This document shows positions 1 to 31,047 of a stretch of DNA of 64,000 bases, one piece after another. Source of the DNA: Antechinus flavipes (taxonomy: Eukaryota); NCBI RefSeq assembly GCF_016432865.1, contig NC_067400.1:507594001-507658000 (forward strand). The letters are read 5' to 3'. The number at the start of each line of letters is the position of its first letter. The stretch's first letter is position 1. The notes under the pieces were generated by a model. It was given only the letters and a program-made list of their open reading frames with translations. It was not told where the DNA came from and did not search any database. Position numbers and translations under genes: made by a program.

Positions 1-540
1 GGCCAAAGAATATGTCATTTCATTGCTCTTCCGGCATAGTTCCAAGTTACTTTCTAGAATGGGTGGAGCAGTTCACAACTCCATCAGCAATGCATTAATG
101 TCCAGTTTTCTTACATCCTCTACAACATCGATCACTTTACTTTGTTCTAGTAGCCAATTTAATAAGTGTGAAGTGGCATCTGAGTTGTTTTAATTTGCAT
201 TTCTCTAATCAAAAGTGATTTAGTGCACTTCTTTATATGCTTGTAGACAGCTTTGACTTCATCTGAAAACTGCATGTTTATATCCTTTGATCATTATTTG
301 AGGAATGACTTGTATTCCTATAAATTTGACTCAGTTCTCTACATATTTGAGAAATGAATTCTTTACCAAAGACACTTACTATAAAGATTTCCCAGAATTC
401 TGCTTTTATCTCACTTGATCATAAATTCTTTCCCTCTGCATAGATCTAACAGGTAGTCTATTCCTTATTATAATTTGATGGTGTCACTGTTTATGTCTAA
501 ATTATGTACCCATTTTTATCTTATGGTATGAGATGCTGGT
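1..540 (-). mobile_element. Old LINE-1 ORF2 3' fragment
   Basis: Resembles the antisense of the L1 ORF2 C-terminal region (compare 59600-60250); no open frame. Confidence 0.6.
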
Positions 541-1179
541 GATGAACTTTTTTTCTAATGGCCAACTCTCTGTAATTCTCTAAGTTGAAGAACTTCTTGA
601 ATTGTTTAAAGGTTATAGGAAAACTCCTTCACACCTTTTTTTTTTTTTTTTTTTTTTGGTAGATGAAGAAAATGGAGAAGTTAATTGACTTGCCTCTTTT
701 CATTCAGCTATTTGCCAAACTGAATGTTGATATATAATCCACTGCTATATAATTAATATAAATAATATCTATAACTCTGGGGTATACAAGTATTAGAGTC
801 TATCTTGAGTGCTTCTCCATAACAATAATAATCTATGTTTTTTCTAAAGCCAGTGTTCAGGCTAACAAAACATCAGATACAGGATTGATTTTATTCAACT
901 AGACTTTGGTTTATTAGAACTGCTGGGCTGGGAAGTCCTTTATCTTCTCATACATTCCTCAATGTGGCCTAATCCTTCATCTCAAGTGCTAGCTTTCTTT
1001 TCACTTTTGCAGAACTCTTTTCTCTGTTCCCTGGGTTACATTTCCTTAGTTGCTTCCTCCCTTGAGGTCTGTATCAACATATCTATACTTAAAAAGGGTA
1101 TCTCTGCTTCCTTTGCTGGGCCTCAAACTGACTTCACTTTCTGGGTGGGATGCCTTTTTCAGAATCCATGGCTAGAGTA

Positions 1180-1407
1180 ATCTTTGGGTCAAAAAGTCAA
1201 TTTTAGGGAATTCTCTTTCTACTGGTACATATTACTCAATCCTCTACTCATGGAGGAGGCAGGTTGAGTTGAAGAGAGATGGAAAAAAGATATATCTTTG
1301 GGTCAAAAAGTCAATTTTAAGGAATTCTCTTTCTACTGGTACATATTACTCAATGCTCTACTCATGGAGGAGGCAGGTTGAGTTGAAGAGAGCTGGAAAA
1401 AAGATAT
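1180..1407. repeat. Tandem duplication, 2 x 114 bp
   Basis: Copies 1180-1293 and 1294-1407 with 3 mismatches. Confidence 0.92.
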
Positions 1408-1913
1408 ATCCAGACTTTTCTCCCTTCCAGCTTTAAGAGAAAAGATACTAGTCAATTCCAATCTTTTATCACTAGCATAGAGAAGGGGGAAAACACTTCT
1501 AATCCTTTTGAGGCTTCTCACAAACAGCTGCTCCATAGACTTGATTACCTCTTACTCTGTAACAGCTAGATGGCTTATATATAGGCCCCAAAGACATGAC
1601 TGATTCAACCTGTAATCCTCTTGCTGATTAAGAAAGTTTTAATTGCATTTGGGTGGTAGGAAAACTTTTAACACCCCTTTATATCTATAAAATGATCATC
1701 ACTATTGTTCCTTCAGGCTCCATAGCCTATGATTCTCCTATGATAATTAACAAGCCAAACCTAGCATGACACAGAATGGAATCAATTGTACAGTGGTAGA
1801 AATCCTTTGGGTTACATAATAGTAACCTTAAGCAGGCAGGTGGAGTTACTGATCTAAAATAAGGGCTCACTATGTGCTGTGAAATTTTAGCAAGAGAATT
1901 CACATTCTCTCTC

Positions 1914-2434
1914 TGTTGAGGTCTAGATTTGGGGTACCTAAATGAGATTAGGGTTGAGGTCTAGTGGCAGGTTCGGGATACAGAGCGCCAAATGGAGCTC
2001 CCCTGCAATCCTCCTGGATTCAGCGCAAGGATATGGCAGTAAATGGGGGCTAGTAGCAGCCCGAGTCCCCAATAAAAGCATCAGCGGGAGAGCTAGATTG
2101 ATAAAAGAGGTTTATTATTGAGTTTGGAAGTAAGGAGATAAAGGTAGAGATAAGAAGGGACCCGGACAGAGGGTCCAGTGGACAGAGTCCTCACATGGCT
2201 AGCATGCTTGGAATCTCTGCAAAAAGGGGGTCCCAGTGTCTCTCTTTTATAATGAGAGATTTAGCTCGAGGGGTTTTTGGTGTATCCCCAAAGTTTGCTC
2301 AGATCCGGGTGGGGCTGGGACAGGTCCGGATCTTCTATTGGAATTCAAAGGGACCAGGATTTGTTTGTTAAAGGGTAATTTACATTATTAACTAGGAGGG
2401 GGTGGGAATCTAGAAAGGAATCTTTCCCACTTCA
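1914..2434 (-). mobile_element. Solo LTR, ERV1/gamma-like
   Basis: TG...CA termini, 4-bp TSD tctc (1910-1913 / 2435-2438); minus-strand CCAAT (2337-2341), TATAAAA (2245-2251), AATAAA (2111-2116) in U3-R-U5 order. Confidence 0.8.
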
Positions 2435-3627
2435 TCTCCACCAGCCCCAAGTCTCAGGCCATTAACCTTGAGTTCATGCTGAATATTGCAAAACCTTGAA
2501 ACTTTAATATTTGATATGAGGCAGTTTGTTATTGTGGAAGATCACTGCCTTTTGATTTGAGTTCTGTATTTTACTATTCCACCAATAATTTTGATCAAGT
2601 ACTTTTCTATCTCTGGCTCTGGGTCTGATGAGTTACACTAAGCTACTTGCCTAAGTGTAGTATAAACTCAGATATGTTTAGTCCAGTTGGACTCCACGAC
2701 CTTGTTTGGGATTTTTTTTTTTTTTTTAGCAAATATACTTTAGTGGTTTGTAATCATTTTACAGAGAAAGTAAGGCAAACAGGTTGAAGTGACTTGCCCA
2801 GGATCCCACAACTAATGTCTGAGCCTGCATTTTAACTTAGACTTTTCTATCTCCTGTGTCATTGAGCTGTCCTGGTATAAAGTGTTATTAAATTCCTGAT
2901 TCTGCTCTCCATTCCCTGTGTAGCTTGGATAACAAGGTTCTCTGAGCCTCAGTTTTTTCATCTGTAAAATGGACAAGACAATTTTAAGATTTCTTTCATT
3001 TCTAAATGTAAACGCTAAGTAAAGTTCAAACAAGGTGCTTTTAAACTTTCCTAGGAATGCCCAGTATACAACCCGCCCACTTAAGGTTTCCGTCCCGCTG
3101 GTACCGCAACAGAAAGGTGACAGATTGGAGCTGTATGAATCAAATTCAAATCCAAACTGTATCCCAAGGCCACCAGAAAAGTGGAAGTAAGGGTAGAGTA
3201 AGCCTAGGGGGGTCAGCCCTTCCCATCTTCCTTCCCAGGTTCCCCTTCTCCCTCTCCTTCCGTTCCCTTCCCCCCTCCCTCAATTCTTCCCTCTCTGGCC
3301 CCCCTCATTCGCCCTCTTTTCCCCTCCCTCTCTCCTCTTTCCCGTCCCAGTTCCGGGGCCTCTTCATTGCTCGCTTCTCACTCACGCGGGGCGTGCCCCG
3401 CCCCACACTCGTCCTCTCTCCAACCCGAGCAAGAGGAATTAGGCGGGGCGAGTTGGAAGGGAATCCCGGGTGGGGCGGGACTTCCCTCGCTCTTTTACGA
3501 CAGTGTGCGACCGTACTTCACGGCGCGGCTGACGGCTGTGCCGCACCGTGGTCGGGGAGGTCACTCAGGAGACGGCGGCAGCGGCTGCGGCGGCTCCCGG
3601 TCCCGGGTGCAGGCTGTCGGTGGCACA

Positions 3628-21702
<18,075 letters not shown>

Positions 21703-24700
21703 CTACCTTAAGCAATTTCTACTCTATCCCAGTCACATTGGTTATTCTTAATATTTATATGTGTCAGTTAAACAAAGATGGTTCCTTTTTTATTTTAAGT
21801 TAGCCAATTATTTTTATTATCCATTTTGTATAGTTAAGTTATTTGTAATAGGCATTATTGAATTTCATGAACTTTAAATGCCAATTACAACTAGTCATTG
21901 TGCAAATTTTAAATAAAATATGCATTCAAATTCTGTGTGCTCCCAAGTTAAAAGGTACATGGCCTCCAACCCCTCAGTAGTTAGCATTTTCATTGGGAAA
22001 TGCAGTAAATTAACATTTTTTTGGGTGGTGATGGGAAAGATGTTAAAATTCCAGTTTCTTTGGAATTTAAGTTTTATTTAGTTTTCTTCGCCACCCAATC
22101 CCTTGTCAATGTAGGGGGAATTAAAGCCTCATCAAAAATAAAGTCATAAAACAGTTAACTTTTTAAATTTGCTAAAAAAAAATTGGACCATCTAGTTTTG
22201 ATTGTTTCCTTTTACATTTTTCTATTAAATTTGATGTAAACAGTTTTCCATCTTGTAATGAAGACAGCATGAAATGTGAGCAGATTTTGTAGAACTGAAG
22301 TGAAAGGTCAGAATTTCATACTTGTACTTGACACTTGCATTCATCAGACTGTTACAGCTGTAGGAGTAGAAGCCTTTTATAGCAAAAGTAATTGATAATT
22401 TGTAAGTAAACTCTCCATAGTCCTGCATCTTTGGAAAATTACACCGAATAATATTATGTACATATGTAAGATGCTGGTCACTTATGTTGGACATGTGCCA
22501 AAATCCATTCATTGTCATGTCCAATCTGAAAAAAATAAGAGGGAGAGGGAATAGTGAACCATTGGAAATGTTTTTTAAAAGAAGAGTCATGTATTAATTG
22601 GTCAGTGATTTCACTAGAAAGAAAAAAACGTTAAATGTTTTTTAAAAAGTTATTTTGTACTGTTTTGAGTTGTCTTACATAAAATAAGAATGCACTAAAA
22701 GTCCTCTGTGAAGAAGTGTGTCTTATGGTGAGCAAGTAAATATTTTACTCCAATTGGTTATAGTTGCTTTATTTTGGAAGGGGGTTGGGGTTATGTACAG
22801 GATAATTGAAAATAATTGGAAATTAGATCAATTCCAGGCTTTCTGTTGAATCATTGTGTTTTAATAATTGTTTGGAATTGTTAATGACTATTTAAAATAA
22901 ATCTGACCACTGCTTCCTTGTGTGTGTAATATGTGAACCTAGCCCAGGTACTTTGAGCCACAGAAGTTCACTTTTTCATTGTTTAACCTTTTTGTAAGTT
23001 TCTGAGCAGACATGGGTACACATGTACAGCTGACACTCCATTCTGTCTTCATGATTTATACTGCTGTACTGTTATGAAAATGTAATCCTAGAAACTAACC
23101 TGACCTTTCTGGTATAAGTGATTCTAGCTTGAAGGGAAAGTTATATGGGAGGAAATAATTCATTACAAGGGACCACTGTCAGAATGAGCCAGATTGGATG
23201 CAGGTTTGTTAAACTATTCTTCAAAGCTATATTATTCTCTGTTGCTATTGCTTAAGGCTCTGTACTTCCCTTGTAAAATGAGCAAAAACCCAGAAGGTTG
23301 CATATTAATAAAAATTACTTTATTCTTAAGTTATGGAAATTGATCTGGAATGTTTGATACAATCTATTTTCTTACTCCATACTGAAAAAAAGTAAAATTA
23401 GAGATAGTGTTCTTTATTTAAAATGAGTATTAAAGAATTAAAAGTAAATTATGCATTTTTAATGTGTCTGGTTTAATTTCTGGTATGTCCATATTCTGAC
23501 ATTAGCTTTAGTAAACATTTCTGAAAGGTATAGAAATCTGTAAATCTCTTTGTACAAAATTTTGAGTTAATTTTTTATATAACAGGAAGCTGCAGACATA
23601 AGAAACATTTTATTGAAAATAGATGGTGACACCTAGTGTCAAAATGATTATTGTTTCATTTTTAATTCTGAGACAAAAAAATGGAAGACATACAGTTCTG
23701 AAAAACTAAGTCAGGACTTTTTTCAGTGCAGGATGGCTATCATAAAAACTAAGCAGTATGTGAAAAGTAGTCACTTACCTGATAGTTTCTAGAATTCTGC
23801 CTTGCTGAATTTTAGTTAAATAAATTTACAGGAAATTTTTTCCTTTAAAGGAAGTGTAATTACTAATTAATGTCCATCTTAAAATATTTTCCTCACAGTA
23901 GATGTGAGGTTCACTTAGCTTTAGTTTGAAGGATAAGATTTTTCAAAATCAAATGAGGTGTTTAAAAAAAAGCAATACATAAATCTATGCTCCATTAGGG
24001 TATAGGCAGTTTTTTGCAAGCAGTCTAAACAGGCCACATCTTTATTATAATTAAATTTAAATGTAGAGAACACAAGATGGCATTGTGTTTATTTGCTTTT
24101 TTAAAAGTCACAAACTTGATTTTCTAAAACAGAACAATTACCCTAAATGCTCTTAACATCACAAGTTTGGATTGGGAAGGGATCTCGGAGGTCCCGTAAC
24201 CTACCTTTCATTAATTAATGAAAAAGCTTGAGAAGTGACCTGCCTAAAACATTGCCTAAGTATAAGAGCCTGCTTATGATTCTATTATCTCTGATTATTC
24301 CAGATTGATGCCTCTGGTTATTAATTTCAGGTTAAAAATGTATAAGTGGATGAATTTATATTAAAGCAGTGAATTGGATTGCCAAAGGGAAATTCCCTTA
24401 ATACCTAAAGTCACTGAAACTAGACTATCTTTTTTAATACTTACTGTTTTTATTGTGTATTTTTTAGTCATGGAATACCATATGATCCAAAGAATTAAAT
24501 ATAAATGTTGATAGCAAAGGAGAGGAATATTAGGCTGAAACAAAACGTGATTACCTGGTGAATGTGGCAAGAGGTGAGGATAACTGAGAAACAACCTTGA
24601 GTACTAAACTGATATCCATGTATATCCAGAAAAAGCAGAAAAGACCCCTTTCCCTTTCCACCTCAACCCGCAGTGGGATGTGCAGCCTCCATGGCAGGGG

Positions 24701-26577
24701 TTCTTAAATCTAGAGTTTTAGGAACAATTATATCTTTATTTTCACTGACTTTTAACTGAAATGTATAATTCCTTTCCATTACAAATTTAAAAATTACAAT
24801 TACAAATTAAAAAAAAAACATTTTGTAAGCTTTACTAGACAAAGCAAAGAACCCCTACCATGTGATAAATTTATATGATAGAGTATTGATAAATATTACG
24901 CAGGATGGGCACTGTTGGAAACATCCATATCATCAATTGCAGATTTATTTTTGAGTACTAATGCAAGGCATTATTTTATTTAGGAAAATATAATGAATAT
25001 GTCAAAAAGACCCAATACATACATAGTAATATACTAATAGACACAGATTAATAACAAATTGTACTTACAAGTACTGTAAAAATGTAGAATAAGGGTGTAA
25101 GCTAATTGTGTGTAATTAGGCAAAGTTTCAAAAAGACGAGTTTAGAGCACTTTGGAGAAGAATGAAGAAAGAAGGGCATTATGTATTTTAAATTTGAGCA
25201 GAATGTATAAATGACATTTCAAAGTAAGCTTATTCTATTAGCTTATTGATTCAAGATGAAATATACATTTAATCACCAAGAATTCTCATTTTCAATTCTA
25301 TGAGCCCTAGATGAGAATAAAATAAGGCTAGCACAGTTGAAATTCATTGATTTGCTTTTAAATGCTACTTAAGATTATTTCTTTCATAATGATAATCTAA
25401 TTATTAGCACAAGAACCATTATAAGGTCCTTGAAGAGAACTAAAAATAATAGTGACCTATTACTATCCCAGTTGGTGTTTTATAAGTGTTAAATATCTGA
25501 ACATTTTTTTTCTAAATTCAGTAAATGTTTTTCCTTTAGCTAAGTTACTTAGTAGTCTTGATCCAGAAGTGCTGGTTTTAGTCAAACTCTTCATTGTAGT
25601 TTTTCTGAAACGGGTTTTTCCCCCTTCCACTTTGAGTTGATGTTTCTTTTGACACTTGGTACATCAAAGAATCATAGATGTAGAAATTTACAATTTTATA
25701 TTCTAGTTCTAAGTCATTATTCAAGGTGCTATAGATACAGAAGCAAAGATGAAATCATCCCTACCCTAGTGGAGATTACATTTTGTGAAGGGAAACTATC
25801 AACGTAGAAAGAGTACTTGGGAACAAATACAAAAATCAATACAAGGTCCTTTTTGGAGGAAGAGTACTCAGCTGTAGGGATCAGCAAAACTTCAAGTAGA
25901 AGATGGTGCTTGAGCTGAGTGTTCAAAGAAAAGATCATTTATGTATATTCTATTCCTGCTACTTGACAAAATTACGACTGTTAATCTTAGCACAGTGTTC
26001 TACCCATAAAAAATGATTAATGTTGAATTCATTAAACATGGTGTTTAAAAGATAGTACACTAGGGGTAGAGGAGAAGAAAAAGATGGGCTGAGATTTAAA
26101 AGAATTTAACCAAAATAACTACCATATCATGTGATCACACTCCCACTGACCAGGGTCCCTTCTTGCTGAAAGATTAGGGCAGGACTTGGAAACACAACTG
26201 AATTGGCTTCAGGTACAAGTATAATTTTCTTTATACAGTATGTTTAACTGATACCTTAAAAGAGTAAATCTTCCACTAAAGTGATAAAAAAGTGACTTTA
26301 AAAAATTCATTATATCTTAACTATTTGTTAACTTGTAATTGTTATCAATATCAAAGGAAAGATGCTGTAGCTTCAAAGGTTTTAGTTATCTAAGATAAGG
26401 GCAAGGCCATTTGTGGTAAAAGGGATAGAGGAATTTTTTAAAGATGTGATGAGATGCAAATTCTATAAAAACTTCAGAAATCTGAAATTGATATTTGACA
26501 TTAATACCTTCTTACCTATGATGCCTTCATAGGAGCTCAGTATAGAATAATGAAAGCCTAACATCCATGTTGCACTT

Positions 26578-26715
26578 TTACTGCAGTACTGGCATGGTGA
26601 TGATTAATGTAGCTTTCTCTGTGATAAATTTTGCTATAGTCGTCTCAGTGTCAACTGGTTCTGGAAGATCTATCTGTAATCGGTACTTTTCAGAGACTTC
26701 AATCACTAAATCATC
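26578..26715 (-). CDS. PIH1D2: PIH1D2 last coding exon
   Basis: DDLVIEVSEKYRLQIDLPEPVDTETTIAKFITEKATLIITMPVLQ*. Confidence 0.94.
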   Translation of the reverse strand, partial: DDLVIEVSEKYRLQIDLPEPVDTETTIAKFITEKATLIITMPVLQ

Positions 26716-29700
26716 CTATGAAAGAATCACATCAATTGGACAAATTTGTTTTTGCAATCTAGAAATAAAATATTTCTGGTTTCATATGGTTATCTCTTTA
26801 TCTTACCTTTGAAACACTGAGGTCACAGTCACAGACAGAACTAAGACCAGGAAGTTCAACTTTCATCTCAATTTTCAGTGATTTCCCATTCTGATCCTTC
26901 ACAACTGTCAGCTTATAATTTGGAGTTTTCAGCTCAACTTGGAGCTCACTACTGGAAATTTCCTCAATTAGACAACCTTGTTTGCTTGGAATATGGTCCT
27001 TTGGTAGTAAGAGTTGTGGAATGTCATCTTGGTTATTCACACTACAATTTCTCAACTGCTCAAGCTTTAATTCTTGATGCAAAAAAGGGATATATGTCAG
27101 ATTATAATAATTAAAATGCAATAAAGCACTATAAATAGTACTGAATACAGATTGTGTATCAACATTGTTACATTTTTATTTGCTTTGTTCAACATTTTCC
27201 AATTACAATTTAATCTGGTTGGAGCAGCGCTGCCTGCAGCTTTGTAATACTACTGGGTTATATTATAATGTTTTAGAAATAAGATTGGTCTGATTTTCAC
27301 TTGTCCATTTGTTTTTTTTCTTTTGTTTTGCTGAGGCTATTGGGGTGAAGTGACTTGCCCAGGGTCACGCAGCTAGGGAGTGTTAACTGTCTGAGACCAG
27401 ATTTGAACTCAGGTCCTCCTAACTTCAGGGTTGGTGCTCTATCCACTGTGCCACCTACCTGCCCCTTACATACACTAATTTTAAGTAAAATTTTCCTTAC
27501 CTTTCTTCATTTTCTCACTTAAATTTGTTGGGTCATTTTGGATCCCCATCAAATTCTTTTTCATCCTTTGGAGGCTTCCTTTATTCTTGCTTTTTGTAAT
27601 ATGGTAGGAATGGTTAAGAGTAAATTGGTGTCTATCCTCAATGCATTTCATTGTCAGGTGAATCAGTTGATCCATTTCCATTTCATCCTTTTTTGCTGTC
27701 TTGAGAACATCAGGGTTGTAGGCAACATCAATGACTGTGTATGATTCTAGACAGTTCAAACAGTGTTGTGTTAACAGAAAGTTTTTTCTGTAATAGCACT
27801 GTCAATATCAAAGTAATGCTACTGTTAATAATGTTAACCCAAAAGCCTGGATTAAGCTAAGGCACTCCAAAAGTATAATTTCCATTATAGTCCTACTGTA
27901 CAAAAATAATTCCTATTAGAATTTCTTGTCTATAAGAGTAACTGCCTGAGTTTTTGAAAAAATTAGATTAACATCTTACATATATTTAGTTAATACTGAA
28001 GATTAACTCTCCAATATGTTTATTAGAAATATAAAAATTTTACCTTAAATATATTTTTGCTGCTAAAATTTATTGGGTGGTAGCTGATTGCTGAGAAAAA
28101 TAATAGAAAGCCTATTTTGATGTTCTATATACCTGATGTCTCAGAAACATCTTCTGGATGGCCAACACTCAAAGATACAGGTTCTGCCTTTGATTGGGGT
28201 GCTGGGATTCTTGTCCACTGACATAAATTGATGAATAGTACTTTTTCTTCTGGTTTCTAGAAAAGAAAACTTTTTTCTTTTTACTCATCATTCTGCATAT
28301 AACTGAAGCGGCTTCTGGCCACTAGCATTTTTTTTTTAAATAACTTTTTATTGATAGAACTCGTGCCAGGGTAATTTTTTACAACATTATCCCTTGCATT
28401 CACTTCTGTTCCGATTTTTCCCCTCCCTCCCTCCACCCCCTCCCCTAGATGGCAAGCAGTCCTTTACATGTTAAGTAGGTTACAGTATATCCTGGATACA
28501 ATATATGTGTGCAGAACCGAACAGTTTCCTTGTTGCACAGGGAGAACTGAATTCAGAAGGTACAAATAATCCGGGAAGAAAAACAAAAATGCAAGCAGTA
28601 TATATTCATCTCCCAGTGTTCTTTCTTTGGGTGTAGCTGCTTCTGCCCATCTTTGATCAATTGAAACTGAATTAGCTCTCTTTATCGAAGAGATCCATTT
28701 CCATCAGAATACATCCTCAAACAGTATCATTGTTGAAGTATATAATGATCTGCTGGTTCTGCTCATTTCACTTAGCATCAGTTCATGTAAGTCTCGCCAG
28801 TCCTCTCTGTATTCATCCTGCTGGTCATTCCTTACAGAACAATAATATTCCATAACGTTCATATACCACAATTTACTCAACCATTCTCCAATTGATGGGG
28901 ATCCATTCATTTTCCAGCTTCTAGCCACTACAAACAGGGCGCCACAAACATTTTGGCACATACAGGTCCCTTTCCCTTCTTTAGTATCTCTTTGGGGTAT
29001 AAGCCCAGTAGAAACACTGCTGGATCAAAGGGTATGCACAGTTTGATAACTTTTTGAGCATAGTTCCAAATTGCTCTCCAGAATGGCTGGATGTGTTCAC
29101 AATTCCACCAACAATGTATCAGTGTCCCTGTTTTCCCACATTTCCTCCAACATTCCACATTATCTTTCCCTGTCACTTTAGCCAATCTGACAGGTGTGTA
29201 GTGGCCACTAGCATTTTATCAAACACCACCTAAGTGTTTCTCACATTGTCTTGTGCTTGGGACTGATTCTGTATAATTGATTTACATAATGTACACTTGT
29301 AATTCATGAGAAAGAGAGAACAAATTGAATTGGTCTAGTAGCTTGAGTGTGATCAACTGAACGAAAATCCATTTTCTCTTGAGAAGTACTATAAATATGG
29401 AGTGAAGAATCTCTAAATTAGGTCAAAATATTCACTCTACTAAACTGGGTATGAGAAAATTTTAGAAGAAAGCATTATTAAAAAAAAAAAGAAGAAGAAA
29501 GCATTATTTTGTTCTTTAGAGAAGGATCCTTTTTCTTTTAATTTCTGTAATCTGTGTGCAGAAAAATATGAGAACTTCAGAATGTAGATAAGAAAAATCA
29601 ATAGCTAGAGGAAGACTGAGTCAGTGGATGGTTATGAATATAAAAAGGACATAGAAACAACTCCAGTGGATAACACATCAAAATTGGCATGCTGCAAAAG

Positions 29701-31047
29701 AATCCTAGCTTTTGTGCAAGTTGGTATAGTGGAAAGAGGAGTGGACTTGAATTTATTAAGACTGGGTTCAACAACCAGCAGGATGATTTCAGAAAGGCCT
29801 GGAGAGACTTACGTGATGTGATGCTAAATGAAATGAGTAGAACCAAAGAGAATACTGTAGCAACAACAAAATTATGTGAGAATGAACTGTGATGGATTGT
29901 GGCTCTTTTCAACAATGAGATAATTCAGGCCAATCAATTCCAATAGATCTGATGGAGAGAGCCATCTGCACCTAGAAAGAGGACTGGGGTAGGGAATGTG
30001 GATCACAACATAGTATTTTCACCTTTTTTTGTTATTGTAGGCTTTTTTTCCTTGTTTTTTTCCTCCTTTTTGATATGATTTTTTCTTGTATAGCATGATA
30101 AATGTAGAAATGTTTAGAAAAATTGCCCATGTTAAACCTATATTGGATTGCTTGCTATCTAGGGGAGGCAGATGAAGGGGAGGCAGAAAAATTTTGGAAC
30201 ACAAGGCTTTGCAAGGATGAATGTTGAAAACTATTTTTGCATATATTTTGAAAATAAAAAGCTATTATTAAAAATAAAAAAAGATTGGGTTCAAACCCTG
30301 TCTCTGAATCTTCTGAGCTGTATGTGGGAAAGCTACCTAGCCCCTCTGAGCTTTAATTTCTTTATCTGTAAATAAGATGGGGATGTTAGGGATATGATTG
30401 ACTTTTATTAGACTTGTGGAAATGTTCAAACAGACTGAATATTGAACAAGTACTTGTATATACTTCAGGCAAAAATTAGATTAGATGACTTTTTAATGTT
30501 CCTTCAACTCTAGTATTCTGGAATTCTGTGATTCAACATACTATTCCAAATGATAATAAGGTATCTATCTAGTTTTTTCCCTGTATGTACAAAACAAGCC
30601 TACTTATGATTCTCCTTAATTTATTCCCTAATGAAGTTTGACTTGGATAAAAGGAACCTAGGTGGAGAAAATCCCATGAATGCACCTGCTTTTTCCTATT
30701 CAATTAGCTGAGAAATTCCTGATGAGTACCATTTTTGGCACTGACATTCAATTTCTTATTCTGGAGCTATAGTTCCCTTGAAACACTGCCTTGTGGTAGA
30801 AATAAAGGCTCTAAGACACAAAATCATTTAATTTGAAATCTTCCCATCCTCAGGCTCCCCTTCTACTAACCAAGATCTTAGTCTGAACACAGATTTGTGG
30901 CTCTGGGACAGCACAGTATTTCTCCCCTTCTTCCAGCTGCTGCTGAATGAACTTCTCATAACGTTTGGGGTCACTTTCAGCCAGGTCATCGAGGAGATTC
31001 CAGAGTTGAGTCACTTGGGTAAGCAAACTTTTTGGTGATGATTCCAT
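26578..31047 (-). CDS. PIH1D2: PIH1 domain-containing protein 2, coding exons (minus): 31047-30871,28256-28133,27746-27501,27072-26807,26715-26578
   Basis: 951 nt = 316 aa + TAA, GT-AG and phase-consistent. MESSPKSLLTQVTQLWNLLDDLAESDP..., LFINLCQW, YTVIDVAYNPDVL, VELPG, KYRLQIDLP match the recalled human PIH1D2; syntenic position tail-to-tail with DLAT. Confidence 0.95.
26807..27072 (-). CDS. PIH1D2: PIH1D2 coding exon 4
   Basis: ELKLEQLR...PQLLLPKD...VELPGLSSVCDCDLSVSK. Confidence 0.94.
27325..27465 (-). mobile_element. WSINE1-like SINE
   Basis: Full-length copy inside a PIH1D2 intron. Confidence 0.75.
27501..27746 (-). CDS. PIH1D2: PIH1D2 coding exon 3
   Basis: SYTVIDVAYNPDVLKTAKKDE...NLSEKMKK. 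Confidence 0.94.
28133..28256 (-). CDS. PIH1D2: PIH1D2 coding exon 2
   Basis: KPEEKVLFINLCQWTRIPAPQSKAEPVSLSVGHPEDVSETS. Confidence 0.94.
28332..29201 (-). mobile_element. 5'-truncated young L1 (870 bp)
   Basis: Poly-T, 3'UTR and ORF2 C-terminus (CWRKCGKTGTLIHCWW; WRDLHELMLSEMSR); 16-bp TSD tggccactagcatttt (28316-28331 / 29202-29217). Confidence 0.92.
29605..30285 (+). mobile_element. Older L1 3' end
   Basis: QQDDFRKAWRDLRDVMLNEMSRT (L1 ORF2 C-terminus) followed by 3'UTR and A-rich tail. Confidence 0.7.
30871..31047 (-). CDS. PIH1D2: PIH1D2 first coding exon
   Basis: 59 codons MESSPK...QTKIL; acceptor ttccag upstream of ATG, donor gttagt. Confidence 0.94.

Noticed and set aside
1-3400. 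3' end of DIXDC1, the expected upstream neighbour
   Set aside because: No DIX-domain coding sequence seen; the region is L1, LTR and unassigned sequence.
22225-22590. 121-aa minus ORF in the DLAT 3' region
   Set aside because: No recognisable homology or splice context; lies antisense in probable 3'UTR.
23627-23641. TGACAC-CTA-GTGTCA palindrome resembling a T-box or CTCF site
   Set aside because: One base short of the T-box palindrome and two mismatches from the CTCF core; expected by chance in 64 kb without conservation data.
28127-28132. Possible U12 intron in PIH1D2 (donor gtatat)
   Set aside because: Does not match GTATCCTT; all introns in the window look U2-type.
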